From an uncultured Candidatus Sumerlaeota bacterium (lineage in GTDB: Bacteria; CAYMEV01), in contig CAYMEV010000009.1 in assembly GCA_964389675.1 (NCBI GenBank), positions 62,001 to 126,000 on the forward strand: a DNA stretch of 64,000 nucleotides, written 5' to 3'. Made by a program: the position numbers and the translations under genes. The notes under the pieces were generated by a model that did not search any database, had not been told where the DNA came from, and saw only the letters and a list, made by a program, of their open reading frames with translations. The first letter of the stretch is position 1, and every line of letters starts with the position of its first letter. Shown here in pieces: positions 9,362 through 19,679 of this stretch.

Positions 9362-9991
9362 ATGGGAGGCAAAGGAATTTTGATAATATTATTGCTGTTG
9401 CCATTAATCAGTTTTTTCTATATTCCAGAAAGCAATTCAGGAAATCAGGAGTTTTATGCGCTGGTTGATTCTTACCCGAAATGCAGTTTCGAAGGGGAAA
9501 AAATCTTCAGCAGAAATATAATCAGGGAAGAAAAGAACGCAGTTATCGCTATTATCTCAAAACACAGGTATTCTCTTATAAATATGCAAATAGATGACCT
9601 TGCAAACCTGATAATCAAAATCAGCGGTAAATACGAACTCAGTCCAAGATTTATAGCTTCCGTCATTGCTGTGGAAAGCTCATTTAACTCATTTGCTGTA
9701 TCAAACATGGATGCCAGGGGGCTTATGCAGATAACACCTGAAACTGCAGAGTATCTGAATAATAAATATAAAGTTGCGCCTTCAGGCCAGGTAAACCTTT
9801 TTGATGTCAGGCAGAACCTTGAGCTTGGAACTCTTTATATCAGGGAGCTTATTCAGAGATATAGCAGCGTGAAAAAGGCTATGACTGCATACAACTATGG
9901 CCCAGGGCGTGTTGATACTTTTATTTCACAGAACATCAGCATGCCTGCAAAATACTATAACAGCATCAACAATGTCATGTTCGCTCTATGA
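9362..9991 (+). CDS. lytic transglycosylase (SLT domain), membrane-anchored
   Basis: IAVESSF catalytic Glu, [16 protein letters not shown]; start set at ATG 9362 after RBS GGAGGTG. Confidence 0.9.
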   Translation: MGGKGILIILLLLPLISFFYIPESNSGNQEFYALVDSYPKCSFEGEKIFSRNIIREEKNAVIAIISKHRYSLINMQIDDLANLIIKISGKYELSPRFIASVIAVESSFNSFAVSNMDARGLMQITPETAEYLNNKYKVAPSGQVNLFDVRQNLELGTLYIRELIQRYSSVKKAMTAYNYGPGRVDTFISQNISMPAKYYNSINNVMFAL

Positions 9992-10395
9992 GCAAAAGGC
10001 CTGATACACCTTTATTGACCGTTGATATAATCATAGAGACCGGTGATGGAATCATACTTATTAAGAGAAAGAACCCCCCTTACGGGTGGGCTATCCCCGG
10101 GGGGTTTGTCGATATAGGAGAGACAGTGGAACAGGCTGCCCGAAGGGAGGCCAGGGAAGAAACTAACCTTGACCTTGTTGACCTCAGGCAGTTTCATGTC
10201 TACTCTGAACCGTCAAGAGACCCGAGAGGCCATGCTGTAAGCGTAGTGTTCACTGCCAGGGGAAAAGGATATCCAAAGGCAGCTGACGACGCCGAGGACA
10301 TTGCAGTGTACCGGATTGATGACCTGCCGAAACAGATTGCATTTGATCACAGGGAAATATTGAACGATTATGGATCAAAATTATCATATGCTTAA
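9988..10395 (+). CDS. NUDIX hydrolase
   Basis: [40 protein letters not shown]-like end. Confidence 0.93.
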   Translation: MSKRPDTPLLTVDIIIETGDGIILIKRKNPPYGWAIPGGFVDIGETVEQAARREAREETNLDLVDLRQFHVYSEPSRDPRGHAVSVVFTARGKGYPKAADDAEDIAVYRIDDLPKQIAFDHREILNDYGSKLSYA

Positions 10396-10488
10396 TATTT
10401 ATTCTTGAATTATCCAGCCAAGATATTATACTTACCAGAGAATTTTTTGATAAATATTCATCATAAAATCTAAAAAAGGATACATCAA

Positions 10489-12963
10489 ATGACAGAGTAT
10501 AATTTCAGGGCATTAGAAAAAAAATACAAGCCAGTATGGCAGGATATCAAGCTATATGAAACAGGAAAGGATCCTGGAAAGCCGAAATTTTACTGCCTTG
10601 ATTTCTTCCCTTATCCATCAGGCTCAGGATTGAGTGTAGGGCACTGCAGGAATTATATACCATCAGACGTGATAAGCAGGAAGCTCAGAATGAACGGCTA
10701 CAATGTGCTTCACCCGATGGGATGGGATGCTTTTGGCCAGCCTGCGGAAGAATATGCAATAAAGGTAGGCAGACACCCCCTTGTAACAACAAAGGAAAAT
10801 GCAGAAACCTATAAAAAGCAGATGAAGCTTATCGAAGCCTCCTATGACTGGGACAGGGAAGTATTCTCATGCGACCCGGATTATTATAAATGGACCCAGT
10901 ATTTCTTCCTGCTTCTTTATAAAAGAGGGCTTGCCTACCAGGATTTTTCCTATCAGTGGTACTGCAATCACTGCAGGATAGTCCTGTCAAACGAGCAGGC
11001 TTCAAACGGGAAATGCTGGAGATGTGAAAAGGATGTTTCAAAGGTAAGGCTCAAACAGTGGTTTTTTAAGATTACTGACTATGCGGACAGGCTGCTTGAC
11101 GGCCTGGAAGATATTGAATGGCCTGAGTCAATAAAGGCCATGCAGAGAAACTGGATTGGAAAATCTGAGGGAAGCAGACTGGTTTTTAAGATTGAATCAC
11201 ATGATGGGGTTCTGCATGATCTTCCCGTTTTCACAACAAGGATTGATACTATTTTTGGAGCAACATTCTGCGTAATAGCCCCTGAGCACCCTCTTGCATC
11301 TAAAATCACGACACAGGAACACTATAATGAGGTTGATGAATATATAAGATGCTCGCTTAAAAAGAGCAACCTTCAGAGAATATCCACTGACGACAAGGAA
11401 AAAACAGGTGTCTTTACCGGGGCTCACGCCATAAACCCCTTTAATGAGAGAAAGGTTCCTGTATATATAGCTGACTATGTTTTGATGGAATACGGGACAG
11501 GAGCAATAATGGCGGTTCCTGCTCACGACACAAGGGATTTCGCCTTTGCCAGAAGATATAATATACCCATAATTGAAGTCATATCTCCAGATGGAATTCC
11601 TAAAAAAGACCTGGATGAAGCCTTCCCAGCAGATGGAATTCTGATAAACAGTGGACAGTTCAACGGGTTATCATCGAAGGATTCAGTATCGATAATGAAT
11701 AAATATGCAGAAGAAAAGGGTTTCGGCCATGCAGAGATAAACTACAGGTTTCATGACTGGCTTATCTCCAGACAGAGATACTGGGGGGCTCCAATTCCAA
11801 TAATACATTGCCCAGAATGCGGTACAGTACCCGTACCTCAGGATGATCTTCCTGTCCTTCTTCCCGAGATAGAGTCATTTGTACCTGATGATTCAGGTAA
11901 ATCACCACTGGCTAAGCTGAAAAGCTTCGTGGATACAGAATGCCCTGTCTGCAAATCTCCGGCAAAAAGAGAAGTAGACACTATGGATGGCTTTGCGTGC
12001 TCTTCATGGTATTTTCTGAGATTCTCGTCACCTGATTTTAGCGAAGGCCCGTTTGAGCCAGAAAAAGCAAAATACTGGCTGCCTGTTGACCTTTATCTTG
12101 GCGGGGCTGAACATGCGGTTATGCACCTTCTTTATGCCAGGTTCTGGACAAAGGTCATGTATGATGCCGGGTTAATTGATTTTGAAGAGCCCTTCACCAG
12201 GCTGAAGAACCAGGGAATGCTGCTTGGGGCTGATAATCAGAAGATGTCAAAATCAAAGGGAAATGTTGTCACCCCTGATGAGATGGTGGCAAAATACGGC
12301 ACCGATGCCTTAAGGACATATATCCTTTTTATGGGCCCTTTTGAAGCTGAAATCGCCTGGAGTGAAGAAGGCATTGCAGGATGCAGCCGGTTTTTAAGAA
12401 GGCTGTGGAGGCTGTATGCAGAGACACTGCCGTCTTCCAGCACCCGCAATCCGGTGATTGATGATAAGGCCAGAAAAGAAATGGAATACATGATTAACTA
12501 CACTATTAAAAAGGTAAGCAATGATATTGATAATTTCCAGTTTAATACCGCTGTAGCTGCAATAATGGAATTTACAAACTTCCTTTCACACCATCAGATA
12601 AAATCATCTGAATACGGAAATTTGTGGAGAAGGTCACTCCTTACCCTTATAAGGCTTTTGTCTCCCATAGCCCCGTTTATCACTGAAGAATTATATCACA
12701 GGATGAACGGCGAAGGCAGTAGTATTCACCAGCTTGAATGGCTCAGCTGGGAGGAAGAGAAGATCAGAAGGGATATGGTGACAATAGCAGTACAGGTAAA
12801 TGGTAAACTCCGTGACAGCGTTGATGTGGAGACAGATTCACCTCAGGAGACTGTTGAAAAGGCTGTTTTTGCAAGCCAGAAGGTGCAAAAACATATTGAA
12901 AACAGACAGATATTTAAGATAATATATGTTAAAAACAGAATAATGAATATAGTAATTAAATAA
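10489..12963 (+). CDS. leuS: leucine--tRNA ligase
   Basis: PYPSG, HPMGWDAFG, GTGAIMAVPAHD editing domain, ISRQRYWG, KMSKS, VQVNGKLR. Confidence 0.97.
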   Translation: MTEYNFRALEKKYKPVWQDIKLYETGKDPGKPKFYCLDFFPYPSGSGLSVGHCRNYIPSDVISRKLRMNGYNVLHPMGWDAFGQPAEEYAIKVGRHPLVTTKENAETYKKQMKLIEASYDWDREVFSCDPDYYKWTQYFFLLLYKRGLAYQDFSYQWYCNHCRIVLSNEQASNGKCWRCEKDVSKVRLKQWFFKITDYADRLLDGLEDIEWPESIKAMQRNWIGKSEGSRLVFKIESHDGVLHDLPVFTTRIDTIFGATFCVIAPEHPLASKITTQEHYNEVDEYIRCSLKKSNLQRISTDDKEKTGVFTGAHAINPFNERKVPVYIADYVLMEYGTGAIMAVPAHDTRDFAFARRYNIPIIEVISPDGIPKKDLDEAFPADGILINSGQFNGLSSKDSVSIMNKYAEEKGFGHAEINYRFHDWLISRQRYWGAPIPIIHCPECGTVPVPQDDLPVLLPEIESFVPDDSGKSPLAKLKSFVDTECPVCKSPAKREVDTMDGFACSSWYFLRFSSPDFSEGPFEPEKAKYWLPVDLYLGGAEHAVMHLLYARFWTKVMYDAGLIDFEEPFTRLKNQGMLLGADNQKMSKSKGNVVTPDEMVAKYGTDALRTYILFMGPFEAEIAWSEEGIAGCSRFLRRLWRLYAETLPSSSTRNPVIDDKARKEMEYMINYTIKKVSNDIDNFQFNTAVAAIMEFTNFLSHHQIKSSEYGNLWRRSLLTLIRLLSPIAPFITEELYHRMNGEGSSIHQLEWLSWEEEKIRRDMVTIAVQVNGKLRDSVDVETDSPQETVEKAVFASQKVQKHIENRQIFKIIYVKNRIMNIVIK

Positions 12964-12964
12964 T

Positions 12965-14107
12965 ATGCACTATAAAAAAGAATATTGGGAAGAAGCGGAG
13001 GAAAGGACACTAGCCCCATACGGGCTAAAAAGCAGGAATGCCAGGAGACTGCACCAGGAAGCCAATCCCGCTGTTAGCAGGACCAGTTATCAGAGAGACT
13101 GGAACAGGGTACTGCATTCACAATCATTCAGGAAACTGGAGTTTAAGACCCAGGTCTTCTCATTCGGCGAAGGCCTTGATATAACGAGAAACAGGCTCAC
13201 CCATTCTTTAGAGGTTCTCCAGATAGCCGTATCTATCGCTCACAGCCTCGGTGTTAACGCAGACTGTACAATGGCTATAAGCCTTGCCCATGATATCGGG
13301 CATCCCCCATTCGGCCATACCGGCGAAGATGCATTAAAGGAGCTTACGAGGGATTTTAACCACAATCAGCACAGCCTTGATATTGTCATGAACCTTGAAA
13401 AGCGATACCCCGACTATGACGGGCTTAACCTTACCACAGACGTACTTGAGGGATTGGAAAAGCATTCTACAAGCTATGATAAGCCTCCGCTTAAGAGCAT
13501 AATTTTCCCTGATACGAAATTCCCTTCCCTTGAAGGCCAGATAGTTGATTATGCAGATACAATAGCATACAGATGCCATGACCTTGAAGACAGCATCCTA
13601 TCAGGAATTATTGAATTTAACGATTTCATAAGCAACCCTCCAACGATAATCAGGGATATAAGGCCTGATAATATAAAGGATGATAAAAACCTGTTTTTGT
13701 CTCAGCTGACAAGGGCTCTGATAAATCTCTATGTCAAGGATATTGTAGAAAATACCAATAATAATATTGAAAAATATACTATATCATCAGTTGATGAAGT
13801 AAGGAAATGCTCTATAAAGCTTGTTGATTTCAGCGGGGGACTGAAAGCTGATGATAACAGCTTAGGCGAATACCTCTTTGCAAACTTTTATAAGGATTAC
13901 CGAATTATGAGAATGATGAACAAGGGAAAAGATATAATTAAAAGGCTTTTCCAAGCTTTTAGCTCAAACCTTTTTCTTCTTCCAAGAGAGGAACACAGAA
14001 AGATAGAAGAATCCAACTATTCCAGGGATAAGGTAATAGCAGATTATATCGCATCAATGACGGACAGGGAAGCACTTAAAGAATACAATTCAATATTTAA
14101 CAGCTAG
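12965..14107 (+). CDS. dgt: deoxyguanosinetriphosphate triphosphohydrolase (HD)
   Basis: RKLEFKTQVF, RNRLTHSLEV, AHDIGHPPFGHTGE, DYIASMTD. Confidence 0.93.
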   Translation: MHYKKEYWEEAEERTLAPYGLKSRNARRLHQEANPAVSRTSYQRDWNRVLHSQSFRKLEFKTQVFSFGEGLDITRNRLTHSLEVLQIAVSIAHSLGVNADCTMAISLAHDIGHPPFGHTGEDALKELTRDFNHNQHSLDIVMNLEKRYPDYDGLNLTTDVLEGLEKHSTSYDKPPLKSIIFPDTKFPSLEGQIVDYADTIAYRCHDLEDSILSGIIEFNDFISNPPTIIRDIRPDNIKDDKNLFLSQLTRALINLYVKDIVENTNNNIEKYTISSVDEVRKCSIKLVDFSGGLKADDNSLGEYLFANFYKDYRIMRMMNKGKDIIKRLFQAFSSNLFLLPREEHRKIEESNYSRDKVIADYIASMTDREALKEYNSIFNS

Positions 14108-14118
14108 GAGCATTTCTT

Positions 14119-14826
14119 ATGAAAAAAATAAGGCATATATTCTTCGACAGGGATGAAACGCTGCTATATCAGGACAAGTCGCTGAGGGATAAAGCGCTTT
14201 TTCATATCGCTGACAGGCTGGACCTTGACTTCAGCTATGTCACAGGACATTACAATATATGGTATGAATACATAAATGAACGCATCATAGAGGACTGGAG
14301 AAAGATAAACACCAGGGAAAAGGAAATCAGTTTCTGGATGGATGGTTTTGAAATGTTTTATGATATGCTTTTTGACAGCAGCAGAAACAGTGCAGAAAAA
14401 AAAGCTGCAGTGGGCCTGTTTTATGATAATTTGCTTTATTATAAGGTATATAACATGTTTGATGATGTTCTGGAGACACTGCAGGCGCTTAAAGGGCTTA
14501 ATTACCAGATGGGGGTTATCAGTGATACACTGCCTATGCTTAAGGAAAGCCTGGCCCATTTCCAGCTGAGTGAGTATTTTGATTCATTCACTGCTGCAGC
14601 TGATATCGGCTGTCTCAAACCGGACCCCCTTATTTTTAAAAAGGCTCTGGGAAGCATGAATGCCGACTCTGAACATTCATTATACATAGATGACCGCCCT
14701 GAAAAGATGCAAGGTCTGGATAAAATAGGCATAAGGGCTGTTCTTATTGACAGGAAGGACCTGCATCCTGAGGCTGAAAACAAAATTAGAAACCTGGCTG
14801 AGATTATCGATTATCTTATGGAATAG
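14119..14826 (+). CDS. HAD-superfamily hydrolase
   Basis: FFDRDETL, GVISD, KPDPLIF, YIDD. Confidence 0.88.
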   Translation: MKKIRHIFFDRDETLLYQDKSLRDKALFHIADRLDLDFSYVTGHYNIWYEYINERIIEDWRKINTREKEISFWMDGFEMFYDMLFDSSRNSAEKKAAVGLFYDNLLYYKVYNMFDDVLETLQALKGLNYQMGVISDTLPMLKESLAHFQLSEYFDSFTAAADIGCLKPDPLIFKKALGSMNADSEHSLYIDDRPEKMQGLDKIGIRAVLIDRKDLHPEAENKIRNLAEIIDYLME

Positions 14827-14833
14827 ATAGATT

Positions 14834-15490
14834 ATGAAAATATTAGCTTGCGGAGACATCCATAACTCCAAGGATAATTTTTCAATTATCTGCCAGAAAC
14901 ATAAAGATTCTGATCTGATAATTCTAAATGGAGATATCACTCAATTCGGAACTATTGGAGATTTCCAGCAGATAATCCGGAACCTTGAACAGGACAAGCT
15001 TTTCATCAATTGGGGAAACTGCGATACTCAGGATGTAATTGACAAAATTAAAGAAAGCAGTTACAATCTCGACAGCTCAGGATATATCTTGAAAAATTCA
15101 AATATAGGAATCTTCGGATTATCAGGCTCCAACAGAACACCGTTCGGGACATTTGCTGAATATTCGGAAGAGGATATCTATAAAAGGCTTGTTAAAGGAT
15201 ACAATCATATCTCTGAAGCAGGGATAAAAATATTATTCTCCCATCCTCCCCCTTACAAAACAAAGCTTGACAGGACTTTTTTCGGTTCACATGCCGGGTC
15301 CAGGTCCGTCAGGCGTTTTCTTGAAGAATATGCAATAGACCTCGGAATTTTCAGTCATATTCATGAAGCATGGGGAAAAGACATTATAAACAGTATTCCC
15401 ATATACAATATAGGGGCGGTTAAAAATAAAAGATTCTCAATAATCTCATCAGTGGATAATGGCATAAAAGTAGAACTTTTATCATTATAG
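14834..15490 (+). CDS. metallophosphoesterase (calcineurin-like)
   Basis: GDIH, GDIT, GNCD, SHPPP, SHIHE. Confidence 0.9.
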   Translation: MKILACGDIHNSKDNFSIICQKHKDSDLIILNGDITQFGTIGDFQQIIRNLEQDKLFINWGNCDTQDVIDKIKESSYNLDSSGYILKNSNIGIFGLSGSNRTPFGTFAEYSEEDIYKRLVKGYNHISEAGIKILFSHPPPYKTKLDRTFFGSHAGSRSVRRFLEEYAIDLGIFSHIHEAWGKDIINSIPIYNIGAVKNKRFSIISSVDNGIKVELLSL

Positions 15491-15494
15491 AATA

Positions 15495-17738
15495 ATGACA
15501 AAACTTATGAAAAGAATCAAAAGGCTTGCAGTATTTTTTGCCCTTTTGTTAATTGCAGTTTCCGCCCTCCTTACTGCAGTTTACTTCAAATACAGCAGGG
15601 ACCTGCCGGATGTCCGGGATATACCAGACCCAATACAAAGCTCCAAGATATATTCTGATGATGGTACTCTTATAGCTGAAATATATACCCAGAAAAGGAC
15701 TGTGGTAAAATCTGAAGATATTCCTGAGATGCTCGTTAACAGCATAATTGCAATTGAAGATCAGAGATTCTATTCACATAATGGAATTGACCCCTATGCA
15801 ATAATCAGGGCTTTTCTGAAAAACATAGAGAAAGGCCGGATAGCTGAAGGAGCCAGTACCATTACGATGCAGACTGCACGAAATATCTTTCTTACAAGGT
15901 TCAAAAGCCTGGACAGGAAGTTGAAGGAGGCTATTTTAGCCTTAAGGCTTGAAAAGTCTTATTCAAAGAGCGAGATTATGGCCATATATCTTAATAATAT
16001 ATATTTTGGAATGGGGTCATACGGGGTATATGAGGCAGCCAGGACCTATTTCAAAAAAGCCCTGAAGGATCTAAGCATAGAGGAATGCGCCTTAATTGCA
16101 GCTTTGCCCAAAGCCCCATATACCTACAATCCCTATAGAAACAGAAAGATTGCAAAAAACAGAAGGGATCTGGTGCTTAAAAACATGTATGACCTCAAAT
16201 TTATTGATTTTAACCAGTACAGCAGGGCAGTAACAACTCCTGTGACCCTCGCGGGCGAAGAGAGGGAGACTGGAGGCTCATATTTTATAGACTTCGTTAG
16301 AGCCAACCTTATCAATATAGTGGGAGAACAGAACCTGTATGAGGGAGGATTGAGGATAAAGACCACGATCTCGAATAATATCCAGAAGAAAGCTGAAGAA
16401 TCATTAAGAAAAGGATTAATAGCATATCAGAGAAAAAGGCCCTTTAAGAAAAGCACTGTAATATATGATGAAGAAAAAGAGTTCATAAAGGATATTCCGG
16501 GTTACAGGATTGCCAGGATCAATGACCTGAGCAGGTACAGGATATCCTTAGTGTTTGAGGACAATAATGAAACAGGATATCTGGATATTAATAATTCCGG
16601 TTTCAGCGATATTAAAGATTTCAGTCCTCATTTTGAAGCCGGGGAAAGAATAATGATCACTACAGATCCTGAAAGCAACAGACATATGCTGATGCCCTTA
16701 CCGGAAGCACAGGCATCGCTCATTGCAATTGACCTGAAAAACAACAGCATTATAGCTATGGCAGGCGGATTTTCCTATGAAAAATCACAGTTTAACCGTG
16801 CAGTCCAGGCAAAAAGACAGCCTGGGAGTGCTTTTAAGCCTTTTGTCTTTCTTTCAGCATTGATCTATGGCTACAGCCCAATTGATACAACATATGACCT
16901 TCCTCTGCTGGTAACAGAATACAGCCGGGAAAAGGACCCTGACCTGTCCGATGGATGGAAACCATCAAATTTTGACGGCCAATATCTTGGAAGCATCTCA
17001 TTTGCCACAGCGCTGTTTGAATCAAGAAACATTGTTGCAGTCAGGCTTGCACAGGAGCTGACGACTTTTCCTGTGAAGTACCTTGCTGTACTTGCAGGAA
17101 TAAACTCCCATATCACTCCCCATCTTTCAATGTCCCTTGGCTCCGCGTCTATAAGCCTTATTGAGCTTTGTCATGCATATACGATCTTCCCAAACCAGGG
17201 AAGGCTTCTCCCTTTGAGGTATATAACCGATATTTCAGACAGGGATGACAGGAAAAAGGAGCTTAAAACCCCTTTTGCAAGGAATATTGTACTTCCTCAG
17301 TATGCATATATCATGGTAAGGCTGCTTACCGGTGTAATTGATTTCGGTACTGGAAGCATGGCCCGGCCACTGGGTTTTGAGACTGCGGGGAAAACAGGAA
17401 CATCAAATGATTTCAGAGACAACTGGTTTATCGGTTTTACCCCTCAGATTCTCGTTGGGGTATGGGTAGGAAAAGATAATTTTGAATCATTGGGAAGGAA
17501 TTTTACAGGGGGGACAACAGCATGCCCGATCTTTACAGATTTTCTAAGCAACATTGACCTGGGCCCAAGTCAGTATTTTCATGCACCTAACGGAGTATTT
17601 ACCTATCCCCTTGATATTAATGGAATGATGACCTGCAGCCCTGAGAGGGATACTTCCTTCCAGGCATTAACAGATAAAGGCCTTTTCATTGAGAGCCCCA
17701 AACAGCTCGAGGGCGATGAAGATATAACTCAGTTCTGA
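15495..17738 (+). CDS. mrcA: class A penicillin-binding protein (PBP1A)
   Basis: GT51 EDQRFYSHNG and GASTITMQ; transpeptidase SAFK, SRN, KTGT. Confidence 0.92.
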   Translation: MTKLMKRIKRLAVFFALLLIAVSALLTAVYFKYSRDLPDVRDIPDPIQSSKIYSDDGTLIAEIYTQKRTVVKSEDIPEMLVNSIIAIEDQRFYSHNGIDPYAIIRAFLKNIEKGRIAEGASTITMQTARNIFLTRFKSLDRKLKEAILALRLEKSYSKSEIMAIYLNNIYFGMGSYGVYEAARTYFKKALKDLSIEECALIAALPKAPYTYNPYRNRKIAKNRRDLVLKNMYDLKFIDFNQYSRAVTTPVTLAGEERETGGSYFIDFVRANLINIVGEQNLYEGGLRIKTTISNNIQKKAEESLRKGLIAYQRKRPFKKSTVIYDEEKEFIKDIPGYRIARINDLSRYRISLVFEDNNETGYLDINNSGFSDIKDFSPHFEAGERIMITTDPESNRHMLMPLPEAQASLIAIDLKNNSIIAMAGGFSYEKSQFNRAVQAKRQPGSAFKPFVFLSALIYGYSPIDTTYDLPLLVTEYSREKDPDLSDGWKPSNFDGQYLGSISFATALFESRNIVAVRLAQELTTFPVKYLAVLAGINSHITPHLSMSLGSASISLIELCHAYTIFPNQGRLLPLRYITDISDRDDRKKELKTPFARNIVLPQYAYIMVRLLTGVIDFGTGSMARPLGFETAGKTGTSNDFRDNWFIGFTPQILVGVWVGKDNFESLGRNFTGGTTACPIFTDFLSNIDLGPSQYFHAPNGVFTYPLDINGMMTCSPERDTSFQALTDKGLFIESPKQLEGDEDITQF

Positions 17739-17784
17739 TGAAAATTGTTTTATGACCGGCTTTTTATATTGCAATACCCGACTA

Positions 17785-18942
17785 TCAGAGTAAAAAATCA
17801 ATCTTCAGAGTAGTTCCCTCTCTGTATTCACTCTTAACATATATCTGACCTGAGTGCAGGGCGGCGATCTCCTGGACAATACTCAACCCCAGCCCCAGGC
17901 CCTCAGATTTCTGTGAATCATCATCTACCATGAAGAATTTCTCAAATATCCTCTGAAGGTCCTTCTGCTTAATTCCGCAACCGGTATCTTTTATGGATAT
18001 GCTTAGCGTCTCATCTGATTTAAAGAGGATAGCCTCTATTTTTCCGTTCTGCTTATTGAACTTTATTGCATTTGATATAAGATGCTCAAACATCTCAGTT
18101 ATAAGGTTCTTGTCTCCCTTAAACATAATCCTGTCATTATTGGACTTAAAGCTGACTGTAATGTTCTTCTTTGCAAGATCGCCCTTGAAGTTCTTAAATA
18201 TATCCTTAAGGAGTTCCTTGATTTCAAAATTCTCTATATATGGCTTAACCTTCCCCAGCTCAAGCTTTGAACACAGTATGATCGAATGAAGCAGGCCATG
18301 CAGCTTGTCAGCCTCACCCTTGATGGTAGTAAGGTATTCCTTGATTATATCCTTTTCCAGTTTTTCTTCAACCAGCAGCAGGTCTATATAACCACTTATG
18401 ACCGTAAGAGGGGTTTTGAGATTATAGCTGAATTCTGAAATAAAAGTGGATTTTGTCTTGTCGATCTCTGCAAGCCTTTCATTCAGTTCCTCAAGCTGTA
18501 CGACATATCCCTTGAGCTCCTGCATAAGTCTCAGATTATTTCTCTTTAAGTAAATCTTTTCAATTGCATTTCTAAGTACTATCTTAATCTGCTCGACAAC
18601 AAGAGGTTTTTTAAGAAAATCATATACACCTTTCTTTATTGCCTCAATTGCATAATCCATGGACGGATAGGCTGTCATTATAATGATTGCAGAATCTGGG
18701 GAAACCTGATTAATCTCATCCATTATCTCAAGCCCTGTTTTCCCGGGCATCATAATATCCAAAAATATGACATCGACTTTCTTAGGGTCCTGCTTTATTA
18801 TTTCCAGTGCTTCGTCAGCATTTGCTGCAGACATAATATTATAGCCTTCATCTTCCAGAAGGTCATTGAACAGCTCCCTTATAAGATGCTCATCGTCAAC
18901 TACCAATACATTACCCCGGTTTGCCTGGTTATTATCTAACAA
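17785..18942 (-). CDS. receiver + HisKA-HATPase hybrid protein with atypical H-box
   Basis: Receiver VVDDE, FLDIMMPG, KKP; H-box reads SYNLKTPL; N/G boxes NAIKF, DTGCGI, GLGLGL. Confidence 0.88.
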   Translation of the reverse strand: MLDNNQANRGNVLVVDDEHLIRELFNDLLEDEGYNIMSAANADEALEIIKQDPKKVDVIFLDIMMPGKTGLEIMDEINQVSPDSAIIIMTAYPSMDYAIEAIKKGVYDFLKKPLVVEQIKIVLRNAIEKIYLKRNNLRLMQELKGYVVQLEELNERLAEIDKTKSTFISEFSYNLKTPLTVISGYIDLLLVEEKLEKDIIKEYLTTIKGEADKLHGLLHSIILCSKLELGKVKPYIENFEIKELLKDIFKNFKGDLAKKNITVSFKSNNDRIMFKGDKNLITEMFEHLISNAIKFNKQNGKIEAILFKSDETLSISIKDTGCGIKQKDLQRIFEKFFMVDDDSQKSEGLGLGLSIVQEIAALHSGQIYVKSEYREGTTLKIDFLL

Positions 18943-19030
18943 TTTAGAAGCTCCTTTTGCATTTACTTATACTCAATTGCCATACCTTTAAAAAACATAC
19001 CATAATATTACAAAAACATCAAAACAAACA

Positions 19031-19405
19031 TCAATTATATTTATTATCTGATATAGCCTTCAGGATCTCAGAAATTTTGAACGGCTTTGGTATAATGGTC
19101 TTTATACCAAGAGATTTTAAGATTTTAACATTATCCCTGCTCAAACAGGCAGAAATAACGATAATCTTCTGGCCGGGATTGCTGTCGAGAATTATCCTGG
19201 ATGCTTCTATTCCGTCCATGATTGGAAGCATCAAATCCATGAATATTACATCATAACACTTGTTCGTAACCATTGTGACAGCCTGTTCCCCATTAATGGC
19301 AGAATCAACGTAGAAGCCATGTATTTTAAGTACATCTGATATCAGATTGCGTGTATCATTATTGTCTTCAACAATAAGAATGGCTTTGCTATCTGCGCCG
19401 CTCAA
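19031..19405 (-). CDS. single-domain response regulator
   Basis: IVEDN, FMDLMLP, ISA, KPF. Confidence 0.9.
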   Translation of the reverse strand: MSGADSKAILIVEDNNDTRNLISDVLKIHGFYVDSAINGEQAVTMVTNKCYDVIFMDLMLPIMDGIEASRIILDSNPGQKIIVISACLSRDNVKILKSLGIKTIIPKPFKISEILKAISDNKYN

Positions 19406-19442
19406 ATTACTTTACTCCAGTTATATAATTGTATAAAACAAT

Positions 19443-19471
19443 ATCATATTAATTATATTCCAAGTTGTCAA
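19443..19471 (-). promoter_or_regulatory. sigma70-type promoter for the response regulator/kinase pair
   Basis: Minus strand TTGACA-N17-TATGAT, 37 nt upstream of the start. Confidence 0.6.
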
Positions 19472-19679
19472 AATTTTTTTCTCTGCTCATATTTGGCTGA
19501 AAGTACCCTGAATTGGTGTAATGTATTATATAAGCATGGTAAATTAATATATTGAATTTTTCCAGATTTGAGATAATATAATTATTAGATTTAATTTATT
19601 TCTATTTTATGTTGATTTGTAGGATAATAATATTATAATCTACAGTGAAGAATAATAACCCTGAGTTTTGGAGGGTAGC

